Of a stretch of DNA of 64,000 nt, positions 41,543 to 51,399 are shown piece after piece. This DNA comes from a virus. The stretch covers positions 1-64,000 of the IMG/VR virus record IMGVR_UViG_3300022924_000016; one strand, given 5' to 3'. The stretch's first letter is position 1; each line of letters opens with the position of its first letter. The notes beneath the pieces are model-generated. The model ran no database searches, was not told the origin of the DNA, and saw only the letters and a program-made list of their open reading frames with translations. The translations under genes were made by a program, and so were the position numbers.

Positions 41543-41669
41543 GAAAGGGGATAATGTCTTGATTTTTTCTAAGAACGAGCATCCCAAAATAAAATTTAAA
41601 GATATCGACGGACTTTGGATAAGAAACTCTGATTTGGAAGTCGTAGGAAGGGTGGAAGAGAATGAGTAG
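41427..41669 (+). CDS. GroES-like co-chaperonin
   Basis: 80 aa; PGKKLIV...VQVLFAG....KKGDNVLI...IKF....LWIR..D..VVG parallels the Cpn10 pattern. Confidence 0.55.
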   Translation: MNLTFPGKKLIVSNISSEPLGGTSSTVQVLFAGEDSFYKKGDNVLIFSKNEHPKIKFKDIDGLWIRNSDLEVVGRVEENE

Positions 41670-42039
41670 TCCCGTAGCTTTAAAATTAGACTTTGAGTAC
41701 TCTAATGATTTCAGGTTCATGGACTGCTTGATTTATATGTTTTCAAGGTGCCAAAAAAATTATATCTTATCCAAGACAGAGTGTGAGATTTTAAGGGAGT
41801 ACCTTTTAAGGGGATATTCATCGGAGACTAAAAAGCACATAGTTAAATCTTTGAAGACCACTATAACAAGCGTAAATACTTTGAATTGCAACTTGCAGAA
41901 GAAAGGTTTTCTGATGCCCGATCCAAATAAGCAGATAAACAAAACTTTGAATCCTGAGCTTTTAAAATTAAAGCAGTTTTACGAAACAGACTCGCAAAGA
42001 AAAGTACTGCTTATAAATTTCATAGACGAAAATGTTTAA
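41662..42039 (+). CDS. winged-helix DNA-binding protein
   Basis: LSKTECEIL...IVKSLKTTITSVNTLNCNLQKKGFL. Confidence 0.55.
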   Translation: MSSPVALKLDFEYSNDFRFMDCLIYMFSRCQKNYILSKTECEILREYLLRGYSSETKKHIVKSLKTTITSVNTLNCNLQKKGFLMPDPNKQINKTLNPELLKLKQFYETDSQRKVLLINFIDENV

Positions 42040-42424
42040 GGTAAAAGACCCTCTGATAACAGAAGAGATGATTATCCAAAATTACCTGCAAAGAGGAAAT
42101 AAAAAGGATGAAAGGGCGGTGAGAGAAGTGTGGCGGGTCTTAAAGGAGTTCATAAAACAGTCGGGAAAGACTCATACCAAAATAAAAATAGGGAACAGGC
42201 TAGAAATATTCTCCGATTTATATCTGAAAGCTGAAACAAAAGAGTATGAGGGAGAACAGCTTCAATACCTGATGAACAGTTTATACTGCGACAAGCCAAG
42301 AAAGTATGATGAGAACTACCTAATGAATTCAAAGTACCGAGAAAATAACATAGAAGAAATAGTAGAAGATGTGGAAAACTTTTTTAAGAATCCTCCTTTC
42401 AAGAATAAGAAAACAAAAGAGTAA
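42032..42424 (+). CDS. hypothetical, possibly IHF/HU-like
   Basis: Helix-helix-strand pattern (EVW..L.EFIK....IKIG); crAss-like head modules carry IHF-like genes. Confidence 0.35.
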   Translation: MFKVKDPLITEEMIIQNYLQRGNKKDERAVREVWRVLKEFIKQSGKTHTKIKIGNRLEIFSDLYLKAETKEYEGEQLQYLMNSLYCDKPRKYDENYLMNSKYRENNIEEIVEDVENFFKNPPFKNKKTKE

Positions 42425-42677
42425 CAGGAAAATCTCAGAGAGAATAGAAGAATGCCTCAACTGCCCCAAGAACAGCTTGAACATGAAAGAAAGTGAAATA
42501 CCAAAAAGCAAAAAACTTTTAATAAGACTTTCAAACTTCTATTCTCTGATTACAGGACAAAAACACAAAGACAAATTTGGCAATTGCACAGCTTGTCATT
42601 CTTGCTCGGTATATTATAAAGCAAGAGAAGGAGAATGGGAAAATTGCCCCGAAAACAAATGGAAACAATGGAAATAG
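42369..42677 (+). CDS. Cys-rich Zn-binding protein
   Basis: R.EECLNCP...CTACHSC...CPENKW. Confidence 0.65.
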   Translation: MWKTFLRILLSRIRKQKSNRKISERIEECLNCPKNSLNMKESEIPKSKKLLIRLSNFYSLITGQKHKDKFGNCTACHSCSVYYKAREGEWENCPENKWKQWK

Positions 42678-42976
42678 AACTAATAAACAAAGAAATAGCC
42701 GAATTTACAAAAGACGGTAAAAACCATATTTTAAATTATGGTTATAGGCAAAGGAACAGTGATTTAAAAACCGACCTCAAAATAGAAACTAAAGAAATAA
42801 TCAGCATAGTAGCTACCTGTCCTTGCACAAAGATAACAAAGAACAAGACAGATTACGGATATGATGTTACTTTGGAGTATGATTCAAAAAGGCTGAATGC
42901 TTTTTCAAAAGTTTTGAAGGTAGTCGCGGATAAAAAAGTAATAGCAGAAATAACACTAAGAGGAACAATTTTATAA
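42635..42976 (+). CDS. Ig-like protein (DUF1573-like)
   Basis: ATCPCT motif and beta-strand pattern ending ITLRG. Confidence 0.5.
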   Translation: MGKLPRKQMETMEIELINKEIAEFTKDGKNHILNYGYRQRNSDLKTDLKIETKEIISIVATCPCTKITKNKTDYGYDVTLEYDSKRLNAFSKVLKVVADKKVIAEITLRGTIL

Positions 42977-43299
42977 TGGATAAAATAGGAATTGTAGATA
43001 AAATATTAATGTTGTATCAGCAAAGAGACAATTTCAGGTTAAGACATGAGTATGAAAATGAAGATTCTAATTTTAGAGAAAGTTATGTCGGTATAACGAA
43101 TGATGAAGATTTCTATAGTTGGAGAAAATCTCAAAAAATAAAAACAGAAAGGTTTTATGAAGACAGTCTTATATACGCCCATAATGAATTAGATAACCTT
43201 GTAATAGAAGAAACCTTAATAGAAAATATAAGTTTGAAGCATTTGAAAGAGTTAAAAGACAATTTACTAAATACCTACAAGAAAATTAATAAATTATAA
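42976..43299 (+). CDS. hypothetical protein
   Basis: 107-aa ORF, translationally coupled. Confidence 0.6.
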   Translation: MDKIGIVDKILMLYQQRDNFRLRHEYENEDSNFRESYVGITNDEDFYSWRKSQKIKTERFYEDSLIYAHNELDNLVIEETLIENISLKHLKELKDNLLNTYKKINKL

Positions 43300-43763
43300 T
43301 GGGAGTAACAAAGGAAGATATTGAAGAATTATATCAAGATGCCAAGAAATTAGATATGATAATTGAGGACAAAACAAAGTTAGATGAATTTTTAAATATA
43401 TCTGAAAAAGAGAGAATTACAAGTAAAATATACAATTTAGAACAGGAAAAGAATTTGTTATTAGCAAAGTCATTTTTAATAATGGCTACAACTTGTGAAG
43501 CAATAGGTGTATACAAAGAAGAAGTTTGTCTTTATGGAGATAATATGGAGTTATTAGCTAGAGCCTCTATTAAAAACTATAAGGTTGAGGGCACAATTAA
43601 TAAAGTCCGTAGTTATAAAATAGGAGATGGTTATTTTTTTAAAATTTTAGATGAAAAATTAATTCAAGAGTTTGAGAATACTTTTATACACAAAGCAAAA
43701 TTAGACCAAGAACAAAAATTACTAGAAGAGGTAAAAGAACTGTATAACAAAATAAAAAAATAA
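43299..43763 (+). CDS. hypothetical protein
   Basis: 154-aa ORF, translationally coupled. Confidence 0.6.
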   Translation: MGVTKEDIEELYQDAKKLDMIIEDKTKLDEFLNISEKERITSKIYNLEQEKNLLLAKSFLIMATTCEAIGVYKEEVCLYGDNMELLARASIKNYKVEGTINKVRSYKIGDGYFFKILDEKLIQEFENTFIHKAKLDQEQKLLEEVKELYNKIKK

Positions 43764-44023
43764 TGGAAGAAACAAATTTCAAAGGAAACCTGCATACAGT
43801 TCTAGGAGATATATTTACAAAGTATCCCGAAGTACCCACAGCTCACGTATTATATTCAATCTTGCACAAAAGCAATTTCAAAGGCAGTCATTTTTTTGAT
43901 ATGAATGATGAAAGACTTTATGCTTCGGCGGAAAAATTTCTAAAATATGGAGATTTAGAAGATGAACAATATACGGACGAAGAATGGGAACAATGGAGAG
44001 CAAGTAAATTTCAAGGGGTATGA
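43763..44023 (+). CDS. hypothetical protein
   Basis: 86-aa ORF. Confidence 0.6.
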   Translation: MEETNFKGNLHTVLGDIFTKYPEVPTAHVLYSILHKSNFKGSHFFDMNDERLYASAEKFLKYGDLEDEQYTDEEWEQWRASKFQGV

Positions 44024-44194
44024 TAAATAAACTTGACATTAATAGTAAAAATAGCCAAATAAAAGAAATCTACAATAACGAGGGGTTTGAAATGTTAAAT
44101 TATATTGAAGAAGGATTAAAAAACACGCATGATACGGAATTTGATGATGCAATAAAGTATATCTATGAATTAAGAAATAAGTATTCAAAATAAT

Positions 44195-44614
44195 ATGACG
44201 GAACAATTAAAAAATAAATTTGAAGAAAAATACAAGTCTTGGAAAGCCTATACAAACTACATTGAATCAAACCAAGAACAGTTAAAAGAAAAACAGAAAG
44301 ACTTCTCTAAAAGAGTTGTAAACATCACCACAAAGGAACAGATGGAAGAACTCTTCAAACTTCAAGGAGAGCCAGGAAAACATCTTTCAGACCATACAAA
44401 TCTCTCAAATGACTTAGTTTTGCTTTATAGTTTGTTCACAGATAAGTCAGAATTCCCGCAAGAAGTAAAAGACGACATGGAAAAGCTAGGAACAAGAAAA
44501 TTATACTATATCGTAACAGACGGAAAGCTTGTCAAGATAAATGAAGAAATCCATGAAATCGCAAAAGAGCATTTCTACCAAACAATGCAAAACGTTTTGA
44601 CACTTGGAAAATAG
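44195..44614 (+). CDS. helical protein upstream of TerL
   Basis: 139-aa ORF overlapping the TerL TTG start. Confidence 0.65.
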   Translation: MTEQLKNKFEEKYKSWKAYTNYIESNQEQLKEKQKDFSKRVVNITTKEQMEELFKLQGEPGKHLSDHTNLSNDLVLLYSLFTDKSEFPQEVKDDMEKLGTRKLYYIVTDGKLVKINEEIHEIAKEHFYQTMQNVLTLGK

Positions 44615-47600
44615 TAGCAACGAGCAGATTGATGAGTTCATAAAAAGAAATAGTCCCCGATTCAAGAAGTGGAAACAGCATTTAGATGATTTCGATTGGA
44701 GCAAGGACGTTCACCTTTTATTTATAGAAGAAAAAGACATAGTTATGTTCGGAAAGACGGCGAACTATGAGCACGAATTTTATCAAAAAGATAATGAATT
44801 TAGAGTACAGGTCGGTTTAGTTAAGAAAATACTAGACCGACTTAAGTTTTTTATAGACAAGTCAAAAGGAGATTATAAAAATCCCAAGTTCAAGGCATTT
44901 TTCAAACTCGCCACAAACATAATAAGCATCCACCTAAAAAGATGTGACAAGTATTCCTTAGAAATTGACGAGACGGATATAAAAATCCACGATCTGAGAA
45001 GCAAGGAAGCAAAGTTCAATTCAGAAGTATTCGCAGAATATTCAAAAGTTGACAGCACTCTAAGTTCATACGGCTTCGTTGAAGAGGAAGATAAAGGCTC
45101 AGACTATATTGAGTTCTTTGATAACAAGAAAGCTTCTCTAGCAGTCTATAAAGAGGTTGTCAGAGATTTTCCCGCAGTAAAGGAGAAGATGAAAACAATG
45201 AAAATTGATTTTGACTCTTTAGCTCCCCAAAACTTACACATATTAAATGAAAACCCACCGATATGGAATCCAGAAAAACACTTCTGGGAGCAGGAAAAAG
45301 AAACAGTTCAATATTATGTGGATGAGTTAAAAAAGATAGAAGACGGAGTAGAGATTGACGGAGTTTACTTTGATGGATGGATATACTACCACATAAATCA
45401 TTTCAGAGTTAAGTATCCAACAACAGTAATGGTTAATGGGCATCCAAAATCTAAAGATGTTACAGGTAGACCCCCTTTAAGGGACAATGAGTGGATTATG
45501 TCTGAATATTTTATTAAGGCTAGTCGAGAACAGGGTTATGCACTTATCGCTGCCACAAGACGTGCCGCTAAGACAACTTTAAATGCGTCTCGTGTTGAGA
45601 GGGCTAAAGTTCTTGGTAGAATGGGTATATTATTAGCAGGCGGGTCTTCCTCAGATTTAGGTCAGATTATTGATAATTGTAAGGTCAATATGGATAATTG
45701 TGAACCAGCCTTTGCATTAGATTCTTTAGGGGAAACTAAAGAAGGTAAGGGAGAAGAATTTGGTATTAGAACGAAAGACAATAAACGTAAACGACATGCT
45801 GCTTTATATGTTAAAAATCTCGACGGAGGAACTAATAAGAAAAAAGGTGAATCCTTAGCAGGATTCACTATTGATGAATTTATTTTAGATGAGGCTTTCA
45901 AATTTCCTTTTATGAATCAACTACAAGGATTGGAACCAGCTTTGTTTGGAGAAGGTGTAATGAGAGCAACGCCATTACTAACAGCTTGTGTTTGTGCGGG
46001 AACTAAGGTTTGGAATAACGAAGGTAATTTAGTAAATATAGAAGATTTAAAACAAGATGATGGAATTGTAGGTTTTGATATAATTGAAGAAAAAATATCA
46101 AAAGAAAACATAACTTACTGGCAAAAACCTATTGAAAAAGAATGTTATAGATTGACAACAAATAAAGGAAGAATTCTTGAATGTAGTCATGATCATCCTA
46201 TATTAACTCGTACAAGAGATGCTTGGGATTTCAGAAAAGGTAGAGATAAACCTTTTAGAAAAATGTTTTTTGACAAGACTGAAAATTTAAAAGTAGGTCA
46301 AAATATAGGAACTGTTGAAAACATTCCAATCGAAGGTAATAATAGAATGTGGAATCCAAGACTGGTGGGACTTTTAATAGGAGATGGAAGTTATGGTAAA
46401 GATAAAACACCTATTTTATCCAACTGTGATGAAGAGGTAAATTCATATATCTCTAACAATTTTGATTGTATAGTAGAAAGGGAAAGGCTTACTTTAGATG
46501 GAAAACATTATAAAGAGACAAGAATAAAAGGAATAACTAAAGAATTAAGAAACTTAGGTATATATGGACAAACTAAAAATAATAAAAGATTGCCATTAAA
46601 CGTACATTCTTATAGAAACGAAGATATTTATGAATTGGTTGCAGGACTAATAGATTCCGATGGACACGTAAGCATATCAAAAAATAATGCTACTATTGGA
46701 GTAACTTTTTCAGGAATAGAATTAACAAGAGAATTACAGCTCTTGTTACAGAAAATAGGAATACATTCTAATATACAAAAAAAGATGCCGAGTAAAAGTA
46801 GCTATGGTACAAATCCATATTATACTCTACAAATATTAGACAGAGATAGTATATTAGTTTTTTGCGAAAAAATAAAATTATTAATTAAGTATAAGCAAAT
46901 TAATTTAGAGAGATTAATTGATATCTATAAACACAGGAAGAGTGGGGCAAAACAAAAAAATTTAAAGAATATAAGATTTGAAAATATAGTAAGTATAGAA
47001 AATATAGGTCTCAAACCTGTATATAATTTAACTGCTGAAAATACTAACACCTATATTGCAAATGGGATAATAACACATAATACAGGAGGCGATGACGAAT
47101 TAGCAGCAGACGGTATAAAAATGTTGAGCAATCCTGAAGCAAATAAGGTGATTTTAATGAATTGGGATGACTTGAATAGAGGTGTTCCTAGCGAGCACAA
47201 AACTTGGACTGAAAGACCTTTTGGACTATTTTTACCAGGTCAAATGTCGATTAGATTCGGCCAAAAGAATGCTATGACTATGAGTGACTATTTAGGCTTA
47301 AAAGCTGAAAATTGTCCTAGTCTCTCAAAACTTATAATAGGCGTTACTGATTGGAAAAAAACACTTGACAATATAAATATAGAGAGAGATAATAAAGTTA
47401 GCGATAAAAAAGCTTATGTTAAATTACTTGCTTATCATCCAATAGACCCCTCTGAAATATTTCTTTCGGGTAAAGTTAATCCCTTTCCTGTTGCAGAAGC
47501 AAAAGCTCACAGAAAATATTTATGGGAATCAGGATTGTGGGATAGACGTAGAGAACTCTACAAGGATTCAAATGGAAAGATACAAGTAGAACTTTCGCAG

Positions 47601-48404
47601 AGACCCTTGATTGAATACCCGTATAAAGGAGTGATGGATGCACCATTTATGATTTTTGAAAACCCTCCTGAAAACAAAGTACCGATAGGTACATACACTG
47701 CTGGATTTGATGATTATAAGCAAGAAGACTCAGACACTGATTCCGTTGCTACCTTTTATGTTTGGAAGAATGAAATATTAGGTGATCCATTCTCTAAAAA
47801 AATTGTAGCTTCTCTTTCCATAAGACCTCTAAAGCATAAAACAGTTTGGGAAAAATGGTTATTATTGATGGAAGCTTATCAGTTAGAGACAACTTGCTTC
47901 GGTGAGAATGAAGATTTTAAAATTAAAGACTTCTTAGACAATAGACAATTAACTGAAAAATATTTAGCCAATAGCTTAGACTTCACTTCAAGTTTCAATA
48001 GACCTAATAATGAAAAGCGTAAATTTGGGTGGACTCCTAGGGCAGTAAAGAGATTCATATTTGACTTTTTTGTTGAATACTGTAATGAAACTTTCGACAT
48101 AGAAGTTGAAGATAAACAGACAGGTGAGATTAAAATAGTCGAATTAAAAGGAGTACAAAGAATAGACGATATCTACCTTTTAGATGAAATCATTTCTTAT
48201 CAGGAAAATGCCAACGTCGATAGGATTATCGGGGCAATGGGTGGTTATGCTTATTTAGAATATTTGATAAAAGCTTTGCATTGGGTGCCCTCAAAATCCT
48301 TCGATAGGTTTAAGGGAAGAAAAGAAGAAGCCAGAAAAGAAATACAAAGAACAAAGTCTTTCTACCAAAAAAATCTAAAACCGACTTACCGATCAAGACG
48401 TTAA
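44604..48404 (+). CDS. terL: terminase large subunit (crAss-like), intein-containing
   Basis: P.LRDNEW, ATRRAAKT (Walker A variant), FILDEA (Walker B), post-splice LLTA|TGG coupling motif, RNase H-like AGFDDY...DRI; followed by portal. Confidence 0.9.
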   Translation: MENSSNEQIDEFIKRNSPRFKKWKQHLDDFDWSKDVHLLFIEEKDIVMFGKTANYEHEFYQKDNEFRVQVGLVKKILDRLKFFIDKSKGDYKNPKFKAFFKLATNIISIHLKRCDKYSLEIDETDIKIHDLRSKEAKFNSEVFAEYSKVDSTLSSYGFVEEEDKGSDYIEFFDNKKASLAVYKEVVRDFPAVKEKMKTMKIDFDSLAPQNLHILNENPPIWNPEKHFWEQEKETVQYYVDELKKIEDGVEIDGVYFDGWIYYHINHFRVKYPTTVMVNGHPKSKDVTGRPPLRDNEWIMSEYFIKASREQGYALIAATRRAAKTTLNASRVERAKVLGRMGILLAGGSSSDLGQIIDNCKVNMDNCEPAFALDSLGETKEGKGEEFGIRTKDNKRKRHAALYVKNLDGGTNKKKGESLAGFTIDEFILDEAFKFPFMNQLQGLEPALFGEGVMRATPLLTACVCAGTKVWNNEGNLVNIEDLKQDDGIVGFDIIEEKISKENITYWQKPIEKECYRLTTNKGRILECSHDHPILTRTRDAWDFRKGRDKPFRKMFFDKTENLKVGQNIGTVENIPIEGNNRMWNPRLVGLLIGDGSYGKDKTPILSNCDEEVNSYISNNFDCIVERERLTLDGKHYKETRIKGITKELRNLGIYGQTKNNKRLPLNVHSYRNEDIYELVAGLIDSDGHVSISKNNATIGVTFSGIELTRELQLLLQKIGIHSNIQKKMPSKSSYGTNPYYTLQILDRDSILVFCEKIKLLIKYKQINLERLIDIYKHRKSGAKQKNLKNIRFENIVSIENIGLKPVYNLTAENTNTYIANGIITHNTGGDDELAADGIKMLSNPEANKVILMNWDDLNRGVPSEHKTWTERPFGLFLPGQMSIRFGQKNAMTMSDYLGLKAENCPSLSKLIIGVTDWKKTLDNINIERDNKVSDKKAYVKLLAYHPIDPSEIFLSGKVNPFPVAEAKAHRKYLWESGLWDRRRELYKDSNGKIQVELSQRPLIEYPYKGVMDAPFMIFENPPENKVPIGTYTAGFDDYKQEDSDTDSVATFYVWKNEILGDPFSKKIVASLSIRPLKHKTVWEKWLLLMEAYQLETTCFGENEDFKIKDFLDNRQLTEKYLANSLDFTSSFNRPNNEKRKFGWTPRAVKRFIFDFFVEYCNETFDIEVEDKQTGEIKIVELKGVQRIDDIYLLDEIISYQENANVDRIIGAMGGYAYLEYLIKALHWVPSKSFDRFKGRKEEARKEIQRTKSFYQKNLKPTYRSRR
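45987..47081 (+). mobile_element. intein with LAGLIDADG homing endonuclease (365 aa)
   Basis: N-terminal CVCAGT, block B CSHDHP, LVGLLIGDG and VAGLIDSDG, C-terminal VYNL....TYIANGIITHN followed by Thr. Confidence 0.93.
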
Positions 48405-48448
48405 GTTAATAGAAAATTTACACTTTTGGTAGATTCCTATTAAAGAGT

Positions 48449-48456
48449 TAAATTTG
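48449..48456 (+). promoter_or_regulatory. -7 element (TAAATTTG) upstream of portal
   Basis: TAnnTTTG consensus. Confidence 0.6.
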
Positions 48457-48476
48457 CAGATATTTTATATAACCCA

Positions 48477-51308
48477 ATGGCAAAATACGAAGGCGAGTTA
48501 GCCAATTTTAATATAATTGATGGCGGAATAGGAAACTCAATTCCTATCCAATACCTCCCAAAAAACAAGAAAACTACAGATTGGAAAAAAGCAACTGTGG
48601 ATTCTATTTGTAATTATGGGAACAGAATGCTTGCAAGAAATAGAAAGTTTGCTGAGTATAGGAAAATGAAAGATGGTGAGTACACAGGAATGGCTACCGA
48701 TTTCATAAGAGAGTTTCAAGATGAATTTGAAATATTTGGAGATGACGATTTCAATAAGAGCGGAGCACCTGAATGGGTAAGGCATTATGATTTTACAGCT
48801 ATTATTTTAAATGCGTTTGTATCTGTTTTCCAGGAACTTGACGATAAATACAGAATCGAAAGTGAAGATGAGTATTCAACAAATGAGTTTCTTAGATTCA
48901 AAAACGAACAGATAAGAAAAAATGCTGAACTTTTATTTGCTGAAGAATTAGAAAGAATGCTTCTTTTAAAAGGAGTAGATGTAAACAAGTCAGATTTCCA
49001 ATCAGAGGAAGAGCAAGCACAGTACCAAGAATATGTAGACCAAGAAGTAAAATCCCTAACACCTGATGAAATTGAGAAATTTGTTGCAAAAGGATTCAAA
49101 GTCTTGGCAGTTGAGTGGGCGCAGAATAAATTAACAGCAGACAAAAAAGACTTCAATTTCACAGAACTTGACAAAGAACAGTTCATGGATATGCTGTTAT
49201 CAGGCAGATATTTCAGACACTATAAAGTTAAATTCGATACTTATGACATAGAAAGATGGTCTCCTGAAGAAACTTATTTCTCCGCGGAAGTTGATACAAA
49301 ATTACCGCAGAAAGAAGAATTTATAGGAAGAAGACGATTTATGTCCAATTCTAGCATCATAAATACTTACGGTCATATAATGTCGCCAAAGATGATTAAG
49401 GACATAAGTGAGTATTGGGGGTCTGAAAAAACTTATAAAAATTACGGTTTTGGAAGCTATTCAGGAGAATTCTTTACCTCTGATTATAAAAAAGCTTTGA
49501 TACCTCAGCCAGTAGTTACTCCTTTTCATAATTATTTTGAACACAAATTCTTAGAGAAGCTAGAGGATGCTACAGGATTCCCCACAGGAATTACGACAAC
49601 AGTAGATGAAGAAGGAGAAGAACATTCTTTCAGAAGCTTCGTACCGAGAGAAGAATACGGATATTCAGCTAACCGACCAAAAGGCTATCTAAGGCACGAC
49701 ATAGAAGTCAGAAGAGATTCTATTCAAGTGGATGAAGGATATTGGAGAAGCTACAAGCAGATGGGTATCTTGATTTTTGAGAATCAGTATGGGCAGGTAG
49801 AATTGAGCATAGTAGATGAAGAACTTTTAAAAGGATTCCTAGAAAAAAACGAAATAAAAAAATTAACTACAAAAAGCATATCTGAAATAAAAAAAGCTTT
49901 TGAAAGCCAGGACTTTTCAGATTATATAAATACAATAACTTATTTCCCCCAACCAGAGTCTTGGAAATTCGTAAGAATAAAAGGTAACGGGTTTACTATC
50001 AAAGATGATTTATATTTAGACGTAGCACCAACAGATTTTCAGATAAAAGGCACAGACGGAAACTTATTTGACGTTCTATTGCCAGTATCAGGACTTATAT
50101 CGACAGGAGTAATTCCACACATCATAAATGAGCAGATTGGGTATAATATCCAAATGAACGGCATTACCGAACTTACAATGGATGAGTTAGGAGTTATCTT
50201 TGCTTTGGACGTTACGGGTATTCCTGATGAATATAAAGGGGAGAGTACTATGGAAGCTCTAAATGGTATGTGGGATGCCGCAAGAGCAACAAAACTTATG
50301 CCTTTGGATTTAAGCCGTCAAAATACGCAAGGCAACTCTCCAAACGTATTTCAAAGACAAGACTTGTCATTTACGGATATGATAACCGCTAAATGGAACT
50401 TTGCTAGAAATTATAAACAGGAAGCTTTTAATAAATTAGGCATTTCAGCAGAGATTCTAGGAGCTCCACAAGCCTACGCAACAGCAGAAGGAGTAAAACA
50501 GGGAGTTAATGGATCAATGGCTTTAATGTCACCGTATTTTGACAAATTCAATTATGGAAAGACAGAAGGCATAAACTTTCACTTGGCATTTTCACAATTC
50601 TGCGAGTACAAAGGAATACGAAAATCATCCATTTATAGAAATTCTGATGGAGACACTTACTATCTTGATATTATGAAAGAGGATGGTGAGATATTCCCCC
50701 TAAGAAAATTAGGAATAGTTGCCGAAACAGATAATAAAGACAGAAAAATTGTAGAGACAATCAGAAACGTGGTAATGAATAATAACACCATAGTAAATGA
50801 TTTGGATGATATGATTACTTTGTTCACCAATCCTGTGCTTGCTGAGTTAAAATCGGCCGCACAAGAAATGAAGAAAAGAAAAGAAGCTCAAGGACAATTA
50901 GATTTTGAAAGACAACAACAGCTTAACCAACAGAATATAGACGCACAATCTCAGGCAATAGATAAAGACTACGCTCACGAGAAAGAGATAACGGCAATGA
51001 AGATCCAAGGAGATAATGAAGAGAAATATATCGATGCAATGGGCAGAGCGGCCGATAAAACTTCAAATACCGATGGTTATGACAGGATTGAAAAAGCCTA
51101 TAACCAATCAATACAAGACGATTTCCAAAAAGCAAACCTCTTGATAAAGAATGATGACGTAAATAGAAAATTAATAGCCGATGATAACAATAAGGCGGCT
51201 AAAATGCAAGAATTGGGTCTTAAGGCTAGAGAAATCGCCCTAAAAGAAAGAGCCTTAGCTGTTAAGGAAAGAATAGCACTCACACCAAAAACAGTTAATG
51301 TAATTTAA
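48477..51308 (+). CDS. portal protein (crAss-like)
   Basis: 943 aa after TerL; N-terminal PIQYLP..KKT..W, C-terminal coiled coil; synteny. Confidence 0.8.
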   Translation: MAKYEGELANFNIIDGGIGNSIPIQYLPKNKKTTDWKKATVDSICNYGNRMLARNRKFAEYRKMKDGEYTGMATDFIREFQDEFEIFGDDDFNKSGAPEWVRHYDFTAIILNAFVSVFQELDDKYRIESEDEYSTNEFLRFKNEQIRKNAELLFAEELERMLLLKGVDVNKSDFQSEEEQAQYQEYVDQEVKSLTPDEIEKFVAKGFKVLAVEWAQNKLTADKKDFNFTELDKEQFMDMLLSGRYFRHYKVKFDTYDIERWSPEETYFSAEVDTKLPQKEEFIGRRRFMSNSSIINTYGHIMSPKMIKDISEYWGSEKTYKNYGFGSYSGEFFTSDYKKALIPQPVVTPFHNYFEHKFLEKLEDATGFPTGITTTVDEEGEEHSFRSFVPREEYGYSANRPKGYLRHDIEVRRDSIQVDEGYWRSYKQMGILIFENQYGQVELSIVDEELLKGFLEKNEIKKLTTKSISEIKKAFESQDFSDYINTITYFPQPESWKFVRIKGNGFTIKDDLYLDVAPTDFQIKGTDGNLFDVLLPVSGLISTGVIPHIINEQIGYNIQMNGITELTMDELGVIFALDVTGIPDEYKGESTMEALNGMWDAARATKLMPLDLSRQNTQGNSPNVFQRQDLSFTDMITAKWNFARNYKQEAFNKLGISAEILGAPQAYATAEGVKQGVNGSMALMSPYFDKFNYGKTEGINFHLAFSQFCEYKGIRKSSIYRNSDGDTYYLDIMKEDGEIFPLRKLGIVAETDNKDRKIVETIRNVVMNNNTIVNDLDDMITLFTNPVLAELKSAAQEMKKRKEAQGQLDFERQQQLNQQNIDAQSQAIDKDYAHEKEITAMKIQGDNEEKYIDAMGRAADKTSNTDGYDRIEKAYNQSIQDDFQKANLLIKNDDVNRKLIADDNNKAAKMQELGLKAREIALKERALAVKERIALTPKTVNVI

Positions 51309-51375
51309 ACACATAAAAAATAAATTAACTTATTATTAATCAATTTATACATTTTGCAAATTAAAACAACATACT

Positions 51376-51383
51376 TAACTTTG
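51376..51383 (+). promoter_or_regulatory. -7 element (TAACTTTG)
   Basis: TAnnTTTG consensus upstream of scaffold/MCP. Confidence 0.6.
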
Positions 51384-51399
51384 CAGAGCATTCAAGAAA

